A stretch of 64,000 bases of DNA from positions 39,190 to 103,189 of the forward strand of contig CAMTVM010000005.1 in the NCBI GenBank assembly GCA_947085195.1, in the 5' to 3' direction. Each line of letters begins with the position of its first letter. Positions within the stretch are counted from its first letter, which is position 1. Both the position numbers and the translations under genes were made by a program. The DNA comes from an uncultured Chloroflexota bacterium (GTDB taxonomy: Bacteria > Chloroflexota > Limnocylindria > Limnocylindrales > CSP1-4). Of this stretch, positions 56,432 through 64,000 are shown in pieces. The notes beneath the pieces are model-generated. The model did not search any database, was not told the DNA's origin, and worked only from the letters and a program-made list of their open reading frames with translations.

Positions 56432-56901
56432 CGGAGCAGCTCCAGCACCCGTCGCTCGATCCCGTCCTTGATCTCGCGCCGCACCGCCTCGGGGTCGGAC
56501 GCGAACATCGCGTGCACGTACAGCGTCCGGCGATCGGCTGAGATATCCAGCGTCAGGGTCCCCGGCGTCATCGTCACGAGGTTCGCGACCAGCGTGATCT
56601 CGAGGTCCGTTTGCGCATCGAGCGGCACGGCGACGATCGCGGGTCGCATGTGCAGCTGTGGGGTCACGACGTCATAGGCGACGCGCAGGTTCGCACGGAT
56701 CACGTCCTGCACGTAGAACAGGAGGAATCCGGCGACCTGGCGGATCCGCCCGAAGTAGGGCGACGCCGGCATGATCCGCCGCAGCGAGTAGAGGACGAGG
56801 AAGCCGAACGTGAAGCCGAGCAGCAGGTTCGGGAACGTGAAGACGCCGGTCATGGCGCACCACACGAGCGCCAGGAGGAGGTTCACCACGAACAGGCTCA
56901 C
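56428..56901 (-). CDS. mnhE: Mrp/Mnh antiporter subunit E
   Basis: VNLLLALVWCAMTG...VTMTPGTLTLDIS.DRRTLYVHAM. GTG 56901 in a GTGA overlap with the mnhD stop. Confidence 0.87.
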   Translation of the reverse strand: MSLFVVNLLLALVWCAMTGVFTFPNLLLGFTFGFLVLYSLRRIMPASPYFGRIRQVAGFLLFYVQDVIRANLRVAYDVVTPQLHMRPAIVAVPLDAQTDLEITLVANLVTMTPGTLTLDISADRRTLYVHAMFASDPEAVRREIKDGIERRVLELLR

Positions 56902-58442
56902 GGGTCGCGCACCTCCACCTCGATGGCTGACGGGGACCCAGCCCGGAACCCGTCGGCCGCACCTGGACCGAGCACCGCCTCGATGTACCCCCGCGGGTCG
57001 AGCAGCGACGCCGCGGCCCGCTCGGCAACCCGGAGCGCGGGCTCCGCGCCGAATCCGATCGTGAGCGACAGCAGCGCGAGGATGGCGATCGGCGGCAGCA
57101 GCGGGCGCACGCCGCGCGGCGACGCCGTCTCGGTTCGGCCGGGCGGCCCCCAGAAGCCGTCCGTCCAGATCTTCGCCATGGACACGAGCGTCAGCAGGCT
57201 GACCACGATGGCGACAGCGACGACAAGATGCTGGCCCTCGACGAGACCGGCCTGGACCAGTCCGAGCTTCGCGAAGAACCCGGAGAACGGCGGCAGGCCC
57301 GCGAGCGAGAGTGCCGGGATCGCGAACAGGACGGCGACCACGGGGGCGCGGGCCGCGATCCCACCGAGGTCGTCGAGCTCGAACGATCGCCCGATCCGGC
57401 CCATCACGCCGGCGACGAGGAACAGGGCGGTCTTCACGATGATGTGGTGAACGATGTAGAGGATCGACGCCGCGAGCGCCGACACGGTGAACAGCCCGAG
57501 CCCCATGAGCATGTAGCCAATCTGGCTGACGATGTGAAACGAGAGGATCCGCCGGACGTCGCGCTCGGCGACGGCGCCGAGGACGCCAGCCACCATCGTC
57601 AGTGCCGCGATCGCAAGGATGATCGTATGCGTGTATCCGGGTTCCTGGTCGAACAGGAGCGTGAACGTCCGGATCAGCGCGTAGACGCCCACCTTCGTGA
57701 GCAGGCCCGCGAACAACGCGGAGACCGGGATCGGGGCCGTGTGGTACGAGGCGGGCAGCCAGAAGAACAGCGGGAACACCGCCGCCTTGATGCCGAACGA
57801 GACGAGGAACACCATCGCCACACTCGTCACGACGAGCGGGTCTGCGACGGTGTCCAGGCGGACGGCAAGGTCGGCCATGTTGAGCGACCCGGCGACGCCG
57901 TAGATGATGCCGGCGCCGCTCAGGAACAGCATCGAGGCAACGAGGTTGAGCGCGACGTACTTGAGGCCGCCCTCCACCTGGGGCCGCCGTCCGCCGAGCG
58001 TCAGCAGGACGAACGAGGCGATGAGCATCACCTCGAACCAGACGTAGAGATTGAACAGGTCGCCCGTCAGGAAGGCGCCGGTCACGCCGAGGATGAGGAT
58101 CTGCGTGATCGGGTAGTAGCCGAGTACCTCCAGCCGACGCGGGATCGACGTCACCGAGGTCAGTACGACCACCAGCCCGACGATCGCGGCCAGGAGGACC
58201 ATGATCGCGGACAGCAGGTCGGCGATCAGCGTGATCCCGAACGGCGCAGGCCAGTCGCCCACCTGGACGACGAGCGGACCCTCCGCGTCCACCGCGACAA
58301 ACAGCGCGATCGCGGCCAGCAGCTGGGCGACGCCGCCGGCGACGGCGACGGCGACCTGGAAGCGGTGGCGTCCCCACGCGATGAGGGACGCGGCGGCAAC
58401 CGCGAGCGGGACGAGCAGTGGGACGACGACGAGCAGGTTCAC
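56898..58442 (-). CDS. mnhD: Mrp/Mnh antiporter subunit D (NuoN/NuoM-like)
   Basis: About 514 aa, a polytopic proton-translocating module (WLPASYHTAPIPVSALFAGLLTKVG). GTG 58442 in a GTGA overlap with the mnhC stop. Confidence 0.9.
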   Translation of the reverse strand: MNLLVVVPLLVPLAVAAASLIAWGRHRFQVAVAVAGGVAQLLAAIALFVAVDAEGPLVVQVGDWPAPFGITLIADLLSAIMVLLAAIVGLVVVLTSVTSIPRRLEVLGYYPITQILILGVTGAFLTGDLFNLYVWFEVMLIASFVLLTLGGRRPQVEGGLKYVALNLVASMLFLSGAGIIYGVAGSLNMADLAVRLDTVADPLVVTSVAMVFLVSFGIKAAVFPLFFWLPASYHTAPIPVSALFAGLLTKVGVYALIRTFTLLFDQEPGYTHTIILAIAALTMVAGVLGAVAERDVRRILSFHIVSQIGYMLMGLGLFTVSALAASILYIVHHIIVKTALFLVAGVMGRIGRSFELDDLGGIAARAPVVAVLFAIPALSLAGLPPFSGFFAKLGLVQAGLVEGQHLVVAVAIVVSLLTLVSMAKIWTDGFWGPPGRTETASPRGVRPLLPPIAILALLSLTIGFGAEPALRVAERAAASLLDPRGYIEAVLGPGAADGFRAGSPSAIEVEVRDP

Positions 58443-58936
58443 GGGTAGCGCCGGTCGCGTGCGTCGCGACCGGCGAGCTCGTCGCGGCCGTTGCGCTCGT
58501 CGTCCGGGCGCGCGGCCTCGTCCATCGAGTCCTCGGCCGCCACGGCCTCGGTACGGGCGACGCGGACGTCCGGCAGGTGGTCGGTCACCGCCAGCGCGTC
58601 CACGTCGTCGCTCGCGACCTCGAAGTACACGCGATGGACGAGCACGAGCGTGAAGGCGAGCACGGCGAATCCGATGACGATCGCGGTCAGCACGAGCGCC
58701 TGGGGCAGCGGATCGGCCGACGCGAAGGCCGCGCCGTCCGCAGCCGCATCGGGTCCACCGGGTGGGAGGATCGGCGGGCCTTCGCGGCTCAGCCCGGCAG
58801 CGGTGAAGATGACGAGGTTCGCGGCGTGCCCGATGAGCACGAGCCCGATCGCGAGGCGGACGATGCTCCGGCGAAGGATCGTGTACAGGCCGGTCGCGAA
58901 CAGCGCGGCGATGACCACGGCGAGGACGAGTTCCAC
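58439..58936 (-). CDS. mnhC: Mrp/Mnh antiporter subunit C (NuoK-like), with a roughly 50-aa charged C-terminal tail
   Basis: MELVLAVVIAALFATGLYTILRRS...DPLPQALVLTAIVIGFA. Confidence 0.87.
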   Translation of the reverse strand: MELVLAVVIAALFATGLYTILRRSIVRLAIGLVLIGHAANLVIFTAAGLSREGPPILPPGGPDAAADGAAFASADPLPQALVLTAIVIGFAVLAFTLVLVHRVYFEVASDDVDALAVTDHLPDVRVARTEAVAAEDSMDEAARPDDERNGRDELAGRDARDRRYP

Positions 58937-58939
58937 GGA

Positions 58940-59383
58940 CTAGTCCTCCCCACCGTCGTGGGCCGGTACGGGCTGCTGGATCAGCCCCAGCACGATGCCG
59001 GTGGTCGCGCCGACAACCACGAGGAACACCGCGATGTCGAACAGGATCGGGGTGCCGAACTTGAACGTCAGGTCGGCGGCAAGCGGCAGCTCGACCCACA
59101 GGCCCGTGAGCGGCGGCCGCCCCGCGAGCACGGCGAGCAGCCCGGACGCGAGCGCGAGGCCGAGGCCGAGGCCCACGATGACCGGGGCGTCGGCGATCAG
59201 CAGCTTCCGGGCCGCGGGAGCCCCAACCGCAAGCGCCACGAGGATGACCGCCGCGGCGGCCACGAGCCCGCCCGCGAACCCGCCCCCGGGCTCGTCGTGG
59301 CCTCGGAGCAGGAGGAACAGCGAGAACAGCATGAGCCCCGGCACGATGAGCCGCGCGGCCGTCCCGAGGATGAGCGAGCTCAT
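58940..59383 (-). CDS. mnhB: Mrp/Mnh antiporter subunit B
   Basis: 147 aa with [18 protein letters not shown]. Confidence 0.87.
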   Translation of the reverse strand: MSSLILGTAARLIVPGLMLFSLFLLLRGHDEPGGGFAGGLVAAAAVILVALAVGAPAARKLLIADAPVIVGLGLGLALASGLLAVLAGRPPLTGLWVELPLAADLTFKFGTPILFDIAVFLVVVGATTGIVLGLIQQPVPAHDGGED

Positions 59384-61710
59384 GCCTCCTGCTCCCGCCG
59401 GCGGCGCAGCGGTCCGTGCAGGAGCGCGAGCACGCCGAGCGCTGCAAGGGCGACGACCACGATCTCACCCAGGGTGTCGAGGGCGCGGAAGTCCACGAGG
59501 ATCGCGTTGACGACGTTCCGTGCCCGGGCGAGCGGGTAGGCCGTCTCGGTGAAGTAGCCCGAGATCGGCACCTGGGGCGGGTCGGCCAACCCGGCCACGA
59601 CCAGGAGGCCCATCACCGTGCCGGCAGCCACCGCGATCCCGGCGTCGCGGATCCGGACCCGCGCGCGGGTAACGTTGAGGAAGCCCGGCAGGTGATAGAA
59701 GACGAGCACGAACAGGATCAGCGTGAGCGTCTCGATCAGCACCTGGGTGAGCGCGAGGTCGGGTGCGCCGAACATGAGGAACAGGAGCGCGATCCCGTAG
59801 CCGCTCGCGCCCAGCCCGGTGATCGCGGCGATCCGCGACTCTGCACGCGCGGCCATGAGTGCACCCACGATGACGACCGCCGAGACCGTGATCTCATGTA
59901 CGCCGACCCCCTCGTCGACGAAGGCGGGCAGCGTGGCCGGAACGGCGCGGATCAGCGCCGCCCCGACGAGCACGACGACCGTCGCGAGCGTCGTCAGGAG
60001 GTAGTGTCGGAGGTTGCCGTTCTGCAGCAGCCGACTCGAGCCGAGCGCAAGCCGCTGGAGGCCCGCGAGCGCGCCACGGTAGCCCCGCTCGGGCCCGAAC
60101 CGCTCGCCGGCGTCGAGGCGGCGCAGGACCGGGAACGCACCGGCCCGGCCCGCGAACACGGCGACGCCCGCGGCGATCGTGATCCCACTGAGCACGAGCA
60201 TCGGCGTGATCCCGTGCCACAGCGCGAGGTCGACCTTCACCGGTCGGCCCGCCACCGCCTCGACGGCCGGGCCGACGATCGCGGCACCCGTCGGGCCAAG
60301 CAGCAGGCCAAAGGCGGCGCCCGCGACCGCGAGCACGAGCGGCGGGAGCCAGAGCAGCAGCGGCTCGCCGTGGACCCGCCGGGCAGCCTCGGTCGGCGCG
60401 CCGAGGAACGGGCGGACGCCGGCAACGACAGCGACGGTGACGAACGCCACGCTGCCGAGGAACGCACCGGCGGTCACGAGAAGCGGCGCGACGGCCCCGT
60501 CGAGCGCCGCCGGCAGACTTGCCTCGTAGAGCAGCTCCTTGCCGGCGAACCCGAGGAACGGGGGCAACCCTGCCATCGACAGCGCCGCAAGCACCCCGGC
60601 CGCCGCCGTGAGCGGCATCGCACGTCCCAGGCCACCGAGCAGGTCTGGATCGCGCTCCCCCGCCTCGTGATCCACCGTGCCGACGATGAGGAACAGGGCC
60701 GCCTTGTAGCACGCGTGGGCGAGCAGGAACACCATCGCGGCCTTGATCGCGATGTCGTCGCCGACGCCCAGCAGCATGACCATCAGGCCAAGCGCGCCGA
60801 CCGTCGAGTACGCGAGGACCTGCTTGAGGTCGCGGGCGCCGAGTGCGAGCAGCCCGCCGAGCAGGAGCGTGACCATCCCGAGGGGCACGAGGACGTCGCC
60901 CCACAGCGGCGACGGCCCGAACAGCGGGTGCAGCCGGGCGAGCAGGTAGATGCCCGCCTGGACCATCGTCGCCGAGTGGAGGTACGCGCTCACCGGCGCC
61001 GGGGCCGCCATCGCGTTCGGCAGCCAGAAGTGGAACGGCGCCTGGGCGGACTTTGTGATCGCACCCGCCAGGACGAGGAAGAACGCGGCGGGGAACAGCG
61101 GGTCGGCGCGGATCACGTCGCCGGCCGCGATGACACCCGTGATCGAGTACGTCCCCGCCATCTGGCCCAGCAGCACGACGCCGCCGAGCAGCGCGAGCTC
61201 GCCGGCGACGGTCACGAGCAGCGCCTGGCGGGCGGCAGCGATCGCGGCGTACTTGTCGCGCTCGAGGCCGATGAGCAGGAACGACGTGAGGCTCGTCAGG
61301 GACCAGAAGACGACCAGCAGGAGCAGGTTGTCCGCGAGGACCAGGCCGAGCATGGCCGCCATGAACGCGAGCAGCAACGGCACGAGCCGGCCGGCCATCG
61401 CGGCGCTCGCATACCGGCCCGTGTACACGATGATCAGCGCGCCGATCCCGGACACCAGCAGCGCGAACAGGAGCGACAGGCCGTCGAGCCGGAACGCGAG
61501 GTGGATCCCCAGGCTGGGCACCCACGGGACGGACTCCGCGTAGCCGCCGGGGCCGGTAGCGCCGGCGTTGGCCGCGAGGCCGGCGAAGAGGGCGAACAGC
61601 CCGGCGGGCACCAGCGCGAGCAACAGCGCAACGGGAACGGGCCGTCGACCGGCGATCATCCCGAGCGGCGCGGCGATGAAGCCAGCCAAGGACGCGAACA
61701 GGAGGATCAC
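59380..61710 (-). CDS. mnhA: Mrp/Mnh antiporter subunit A (NuoL-like)
   Basis: 776 aa, NuoL-like ([31 protein letters not shown]) plus a C-terminal MnhB-like extension. GTG 61710. Confidence 0.9.
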   Translation of the reverse strand: MILLFASLAGFIAAPLGMIAGRRPVPVALLLALVPAGLFALFAGLAANAGATGPGGYAESVPWVPSLGIHLAFRLDGLSLLFALLVSGIGALIIVYTGRYASAAMAGRLVPLLLAFMAAMLGLVLADNLLLLVVFWSLTSLTSFLLIGLERDKYAAIAAARQALLVTVAGELALLGGVVLLGQMAGTYSITGVIAAGDVIRADPLFPAAFFLVLAGAITKSAQAPFHFWLPNAMAAPAPVSAYLHSATMVQAGIYLLARLHPLFGPSPLWGDVLVPLGMVTLLLGGLLALGARDLKQVLAYSTVGALGLMVMLLGVGDDIAIKAAMVFLLAHACYKAALFLIVGTVDHEAGERDPDLLGGLGRAMPLTAAAGVLAALSMAGLPPFLGFAGKELLYEASLPAALDGAVAPLLVTAGAFLGSVAFVTVAVVAGVRPFLGAPTEAARRVHGEPLLLWLPPLVLAVAGAAFGLLLGPTGAAIVGPAVEAVAGRPVKVDLALWHGITPMLVLSGITIAAGVAVFAGRAGAFPVLRRLDAGERFGPERGYRGALAGLQRLALGSSRLLQNGNLRHYLLTTLATVVVLVGAALIRAVPATLPAFVDEGVGVHEITVSAVVIVGALMAARAESRIAAITGLGASGYGIALLFLMFGAPDLALTQVLIETLTLILFVLVFYHLPGFLNVTRARVRIRDAGIAVAAGTVMGLLVVAGLADPPQVPISGYFTETAYPLARARNVVNAILVDFRALDTLGEIVVVALAALGVLALLHGPLRRRREQEA

Positions 61711-61716
61711 GGGGCG

Positions 61717-61722
61717 ATTATC
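61717..61722 (-). promoter_or_regulatory. -10-like hexamer GATAAT, 6 nt upstream of the mnhA GTG (possible leaderless start), embedded in the near-palindrome GGCGATAATCGCC
   Basis: The minus strand reads CAGGCGATAATCGCCCCGTG. There is no SD. Confidence 0.35.
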
Positions 61723-61775
61723 GCCTGCGGGGCGTCACCCGTGCCGGAATCGCCGAGGCCGGACACTGGGTCCCT

Positions 61776-62120
61776 CTACGCGGCGGGATCGTGCGGGTCG
61801 CGCCGCGCGAGCACCCGGAGCAGGTGGTCCAACGCGTCGATGAACGGCTCGGTGACGTCCGGCAGCAGCGCGTCGCGCACCGAGTCCTTCGGACCGTACG
61901 CCGCCCGGGCGCGCATCGCGATCTTCCGCAGCTCGCCGAGTTCCCCGTCGCGCAGGCGGTCCGGCAGCGGCTCGAAGTACGCGATCCAGCGCGTGACGCC
62001 CCGCGTCCGCGCGTCGGCCAGCATGCGGTCCGCGGCGCGCGCGGCGAGGAGCGCCGCGTCGTCGATCGCGGGTCGCTCGTGACGGGCCGGCCCGCGCGCC
62101 GCACGATGGTGCGCGGTCAC
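61776..62120 (-). CDS. Hypothetical small helical protein
   Basis: 114 aa with high GC3. GTG start 1 nt after the stop of the upstream gene. No family recognised. Confidence 0.55.
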   Translation of the reverse strand: MTAHHRAARGPARHERPAIDDAALLAARAADRMLADARTRGVTRWIAYFEPLPDRLRDGELGELRKIAMRARAAYGPKDSVRDALLPDVTEPFIDALDHLLRVLARRDPHDPAA

Positions 62121-62121
62121 C

Positions 62122-62565
62122 TCACGTGGATCCCGGGACCCCGGTTGCGCTCACCTGCGACGCATCGTCCGGGCGCACGAGCACGAGCGGGAGGCGCTTG
62201 CGCTCGGAGCCGTTGACGAGGATCCGGAACGAGTAGTCGCCCGGTGCCGGGAACGTCAGGTTCCACAGGTCGATGCTGAAGGTGAGGATCGCGTCGCGTC
62301 CGTCCGGGTGTCCGCGCGCGACGAGGTTGCCGGTCGCCCCCGTGACCTCATGGCCGTCGGGGTCGAGGAGGACGATCCGCAGCTCGTGCTCGCGGTCCGT
62401 CTCGGGCGCGGTGACGACCAGGCCGACGACGAGCGCGATGTGAGGATGCCGGAGCGGGAACGTGCGGCCACCGATGCGCGTGATACCGCCGCCCAGGACG
62501 TGGAACTTCTGGCCGGGCTGGGTCTCGGCGGAGTCGGCGAGGAACGCGAAGTCGATCTCGGGCAC
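62122..62565 (-). CDS. Hypothetical protein, predicted beta-sandwich-like
   Basis: About 147 aa from GVPEIDFAFLADSAE... (GTG 62565; the track ORF extends to 62670). Strong GC3 bias and alternating beta-strand-like pattern (HIALVVGLVV, ELRIVLLDPDG, YSFRILVNG). Function unknown. Confidence 0.55.
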   Translation of the reverse strand: MPEIDFAFLADSAETQPGQKFHVLGGGITRIGGRTFPLRHPHIALVVGLVVTAPETDREHELRIVLLDPDGHEVTGATGNLVARGHPDGRDAILTFSIDLWNLTFPAPGDYSFRILVNGSERKRLPLVLVRPDDASQVSATGVPGST

Positions 62566-62742
62566 GGCGCCATCGTATCCCGATGCGACCGACCGGCGAC
62601 GCAATGAGGGCCAGTGACAGCGCGGACGGGAGACCGGGAGGTTGCGCAGCGTAAGCACCCACGCGATCACGTCCGTCGGTTCATCCGCGCGAGGCGACCA
62701 CTGGGTCGTCGAAGCCGAGGCGACCTGCAGCCGGCAGGAGGC

Positions 62743-64000
62743 CTACGCGTCCCCGGCGGAGCGCGCCGCGGCGACGCGCTTGCGCGCCGGGACGAGCGCC
62801 GGTTCGGGTACCGCTCCTCGCCCGTTACCGCCGACGCCCGGCCTGCCGGCCTCGTCCGCGAACGTGACGTGGCTGAGCGGCACGAGCGGTTCGCCGCGCA
62901 GGACTCGCGCGAGGTACTCGCCCGTCGCGGATTCGGCGATCGCCGCGACCTGCTCCGGTGTCCCCTCGGCGATCACCATGCCGCCGCGATGGCCACCCCC
63001 CGGGCCCAGGTCCACGATCCAGTCCGCGGTCTTGATCACGTCCAGGTTGTGCTCGATCACCATCACCGTGTTTCCCGTGTCCACCAGCCGGTGGAGGACG
63101 TGGAGCAGCTTGTCCACGTCGGCGAAGTGGAGGCCGGTCGTGGGCTCGTCCAGCAGGTAGAGCGTCTTGCCCGTGGCCCGTCGTGAGAGCTCCGTGGCCA
63201 GCTTGACGCGCTGCGCCTCACCGCCGGAGAGCGTGGTGGCCGGCTGGCCCAGGTGCACATACCCGAGGCCGACGTCGTACAGGGTCTGGAGCTTGCCCTG
63301 GATCCTGGGCACGGCCGTGAAGAAGTCCAGCGCCTCCGCCACGGTCATCTCCAGCACGTCCGAGATCGACCGGCCCTTGAAGTGGATCTCCAGGGCCTCG
63401 CGGTTGTAGCGCTTCCCCTTGCACACCTCGCACGGGACGTAGACGTCCGGCAGGAACTGCATCTCGATCTTGATGATCCCGTCGCCCTTGCAGTTCTCGC
63501 AGCGGCCACCCTTGACGTTGAAGCTGAACCGCCCGGGCAGGTAGCCGCGGACGCGGGCGTCCGGGGTGCCCGCGAACAGCTCCCGGATCGGGCCGAACAG
63601 GCCGGTGTATGTGGCCGGGTTCGAGCGTGGCGTGCGGCCGATGGGGCTCTGGTCGATCTCGATGATCTTGTCGATGTGCTCGACGCCCTCGACCGAATCA
63701 TGGGCGCCCACCGGGGCCCGCGATCCGGAGAGGTCCCGAGCCAGGGCGCGGTACAGCACCTCGTCCACGAGCGTGCTCTTGCCCGAGCCGGACACCCCCG
63801 TGACAGCGATGAACGCGCCGAGCGGGAACCGCACGTCCACGTTCTTCAGGTTGTGCTCCCGCGCGCCCCGCACGACCAGGTGCCTGCCGTTGCCGCGCCG
63901 TCGCCGGTCCGGGATCGGAACCTGCCGCTCGCCCCGAAGGAAGGCGCCCGTGATCGAGCGCGGCTCCGCCAGGACAACCTCCAGCGGGCCGTTGGCGATG
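62743..64000 (-). CDS. uvrA: Excinuclease ABC subunit A, C-terminal part (gene continues beyond the window end)
   Basis: [11 protein letters not shown]...[12 protein letters not shown], zinc finger CENCKGDG...[17 protein letters not shown] signature and [10 protein letters not shown]. The frame stays open upstream to 64000 (..[21 protein letters not shown]..). Confidence 0.95.
   Translation of the reverse strand, partial: IANGPLEVVLAEPRSITGAFLRGERQVPIPDRRRRGNGRHLVVRGAREHNLKNVDVRFPLGAFIAVTGVSGSGKSTLVDEVLYRALARDLSGSRAPVGAHDSVEGVEHIDKIIEIDQSPIGRTPRSNPATYTGLFGPIRELFAGTPDARVRGYLPGRFSFNVKGGRCENCKGDGIIKIEMQFLPDVYVPCEVCKGKRYNREALEIHFKGRSISDVLEMTVAEALDFFTAVPRIQGKLQTLYDVGLGYVHLGQPATTLSGGEAQRVKLATELSRRATGKTLYLLDEPTTGLHFADVDKLLHVLHRLVDTGNTVMVIEHNLDVIKTADWIVDLGPGGGHRGGMVIAEGTPEQVAAIAESATGEYLARVLRGEPLVPLSHVTFADEAGRPGVGGNGRGAVPEPALVPARKRVAAARSAGDA

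Noticed and set aside
59416-62082. An 888-aa plus-strand ORF, together with similar long ORFs at 6305..8542, 16614..18530, 23206..25695, 28950..30920 and 8536..10326
   Set aside because: All are antisense to strongly supported genes (mnhA, recG, priA, ileS, TauE/rpsR/ssb, yloV). They have Arg/Asp/Glu/Gly-dominated composition and no recognisable motifs, so they are GC-driven artefacts.

Overview
This is a very GC-rich window (roughly 70% by eye) from a monoderm-type bacterium. The gene set and order (smc-rnc-acpP, rpmF-plsX, recG-yloV-yloU/rpmB, rapZ-yvcK-whiA, secDF-recJ, an LCP protein, an Mrp antiporter) fit a deep Actinomycetota or Chloroflexota/Thermomicrobia-like genome; I cannot name the organism. 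The window is almost entirely core housekeeping DNA and is very tightly packed. About 70 protein genes and 8 tRNAs are visible, and nearly all are on the minus strand. Only the IS transposase remnant, rpmB, the LCP gene, a TadZ/CpaE-like gene, a UvrD-like helicase and a methyltransferase are on plus. Many neighbouring genes are joined by 4-nt GTGA/ATGA stop-start overlaps. The ORF track shows GTG starts as M and always reports the longest ORF, so many of its 5' ends are too long. I re-set starts from conserved N-termini, Shine-Dalgarno sites and stop-start overlaps. The very long plus-strand ORFs antisense to real genes are GC artefacts. The only clearly accessory DNA is a decayed IS110-family element inserted between yloU (asp23) and yloV (DAK2). 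I do not see a convincing new multi-gene system such as a defence island, CRISPR array, retron or toxin-antitoxin pair. The items most worth a second look are: (1) the 190-nt structured, internally repetitive non-coding 3' flank of the IS110-family transposase, a candidate bridge RNA; (2) a perfect 7x GAGTCCC heptad array plus a 22-bp direct repeat in the divergent region between rpsF and an orphan receiver-ParA/MinD (TadZ/CpaE-like) gene; (3) a translationally coupled pair of unknown-function genes between the mrp operon and uvrA; (4) several translation and transcription oddities: a likely CTG start, two likely leaderless starts, and a tRNA-Leu that appears to carry C33. All calls come from reading the sequence and from family knowledge; no database search was run.
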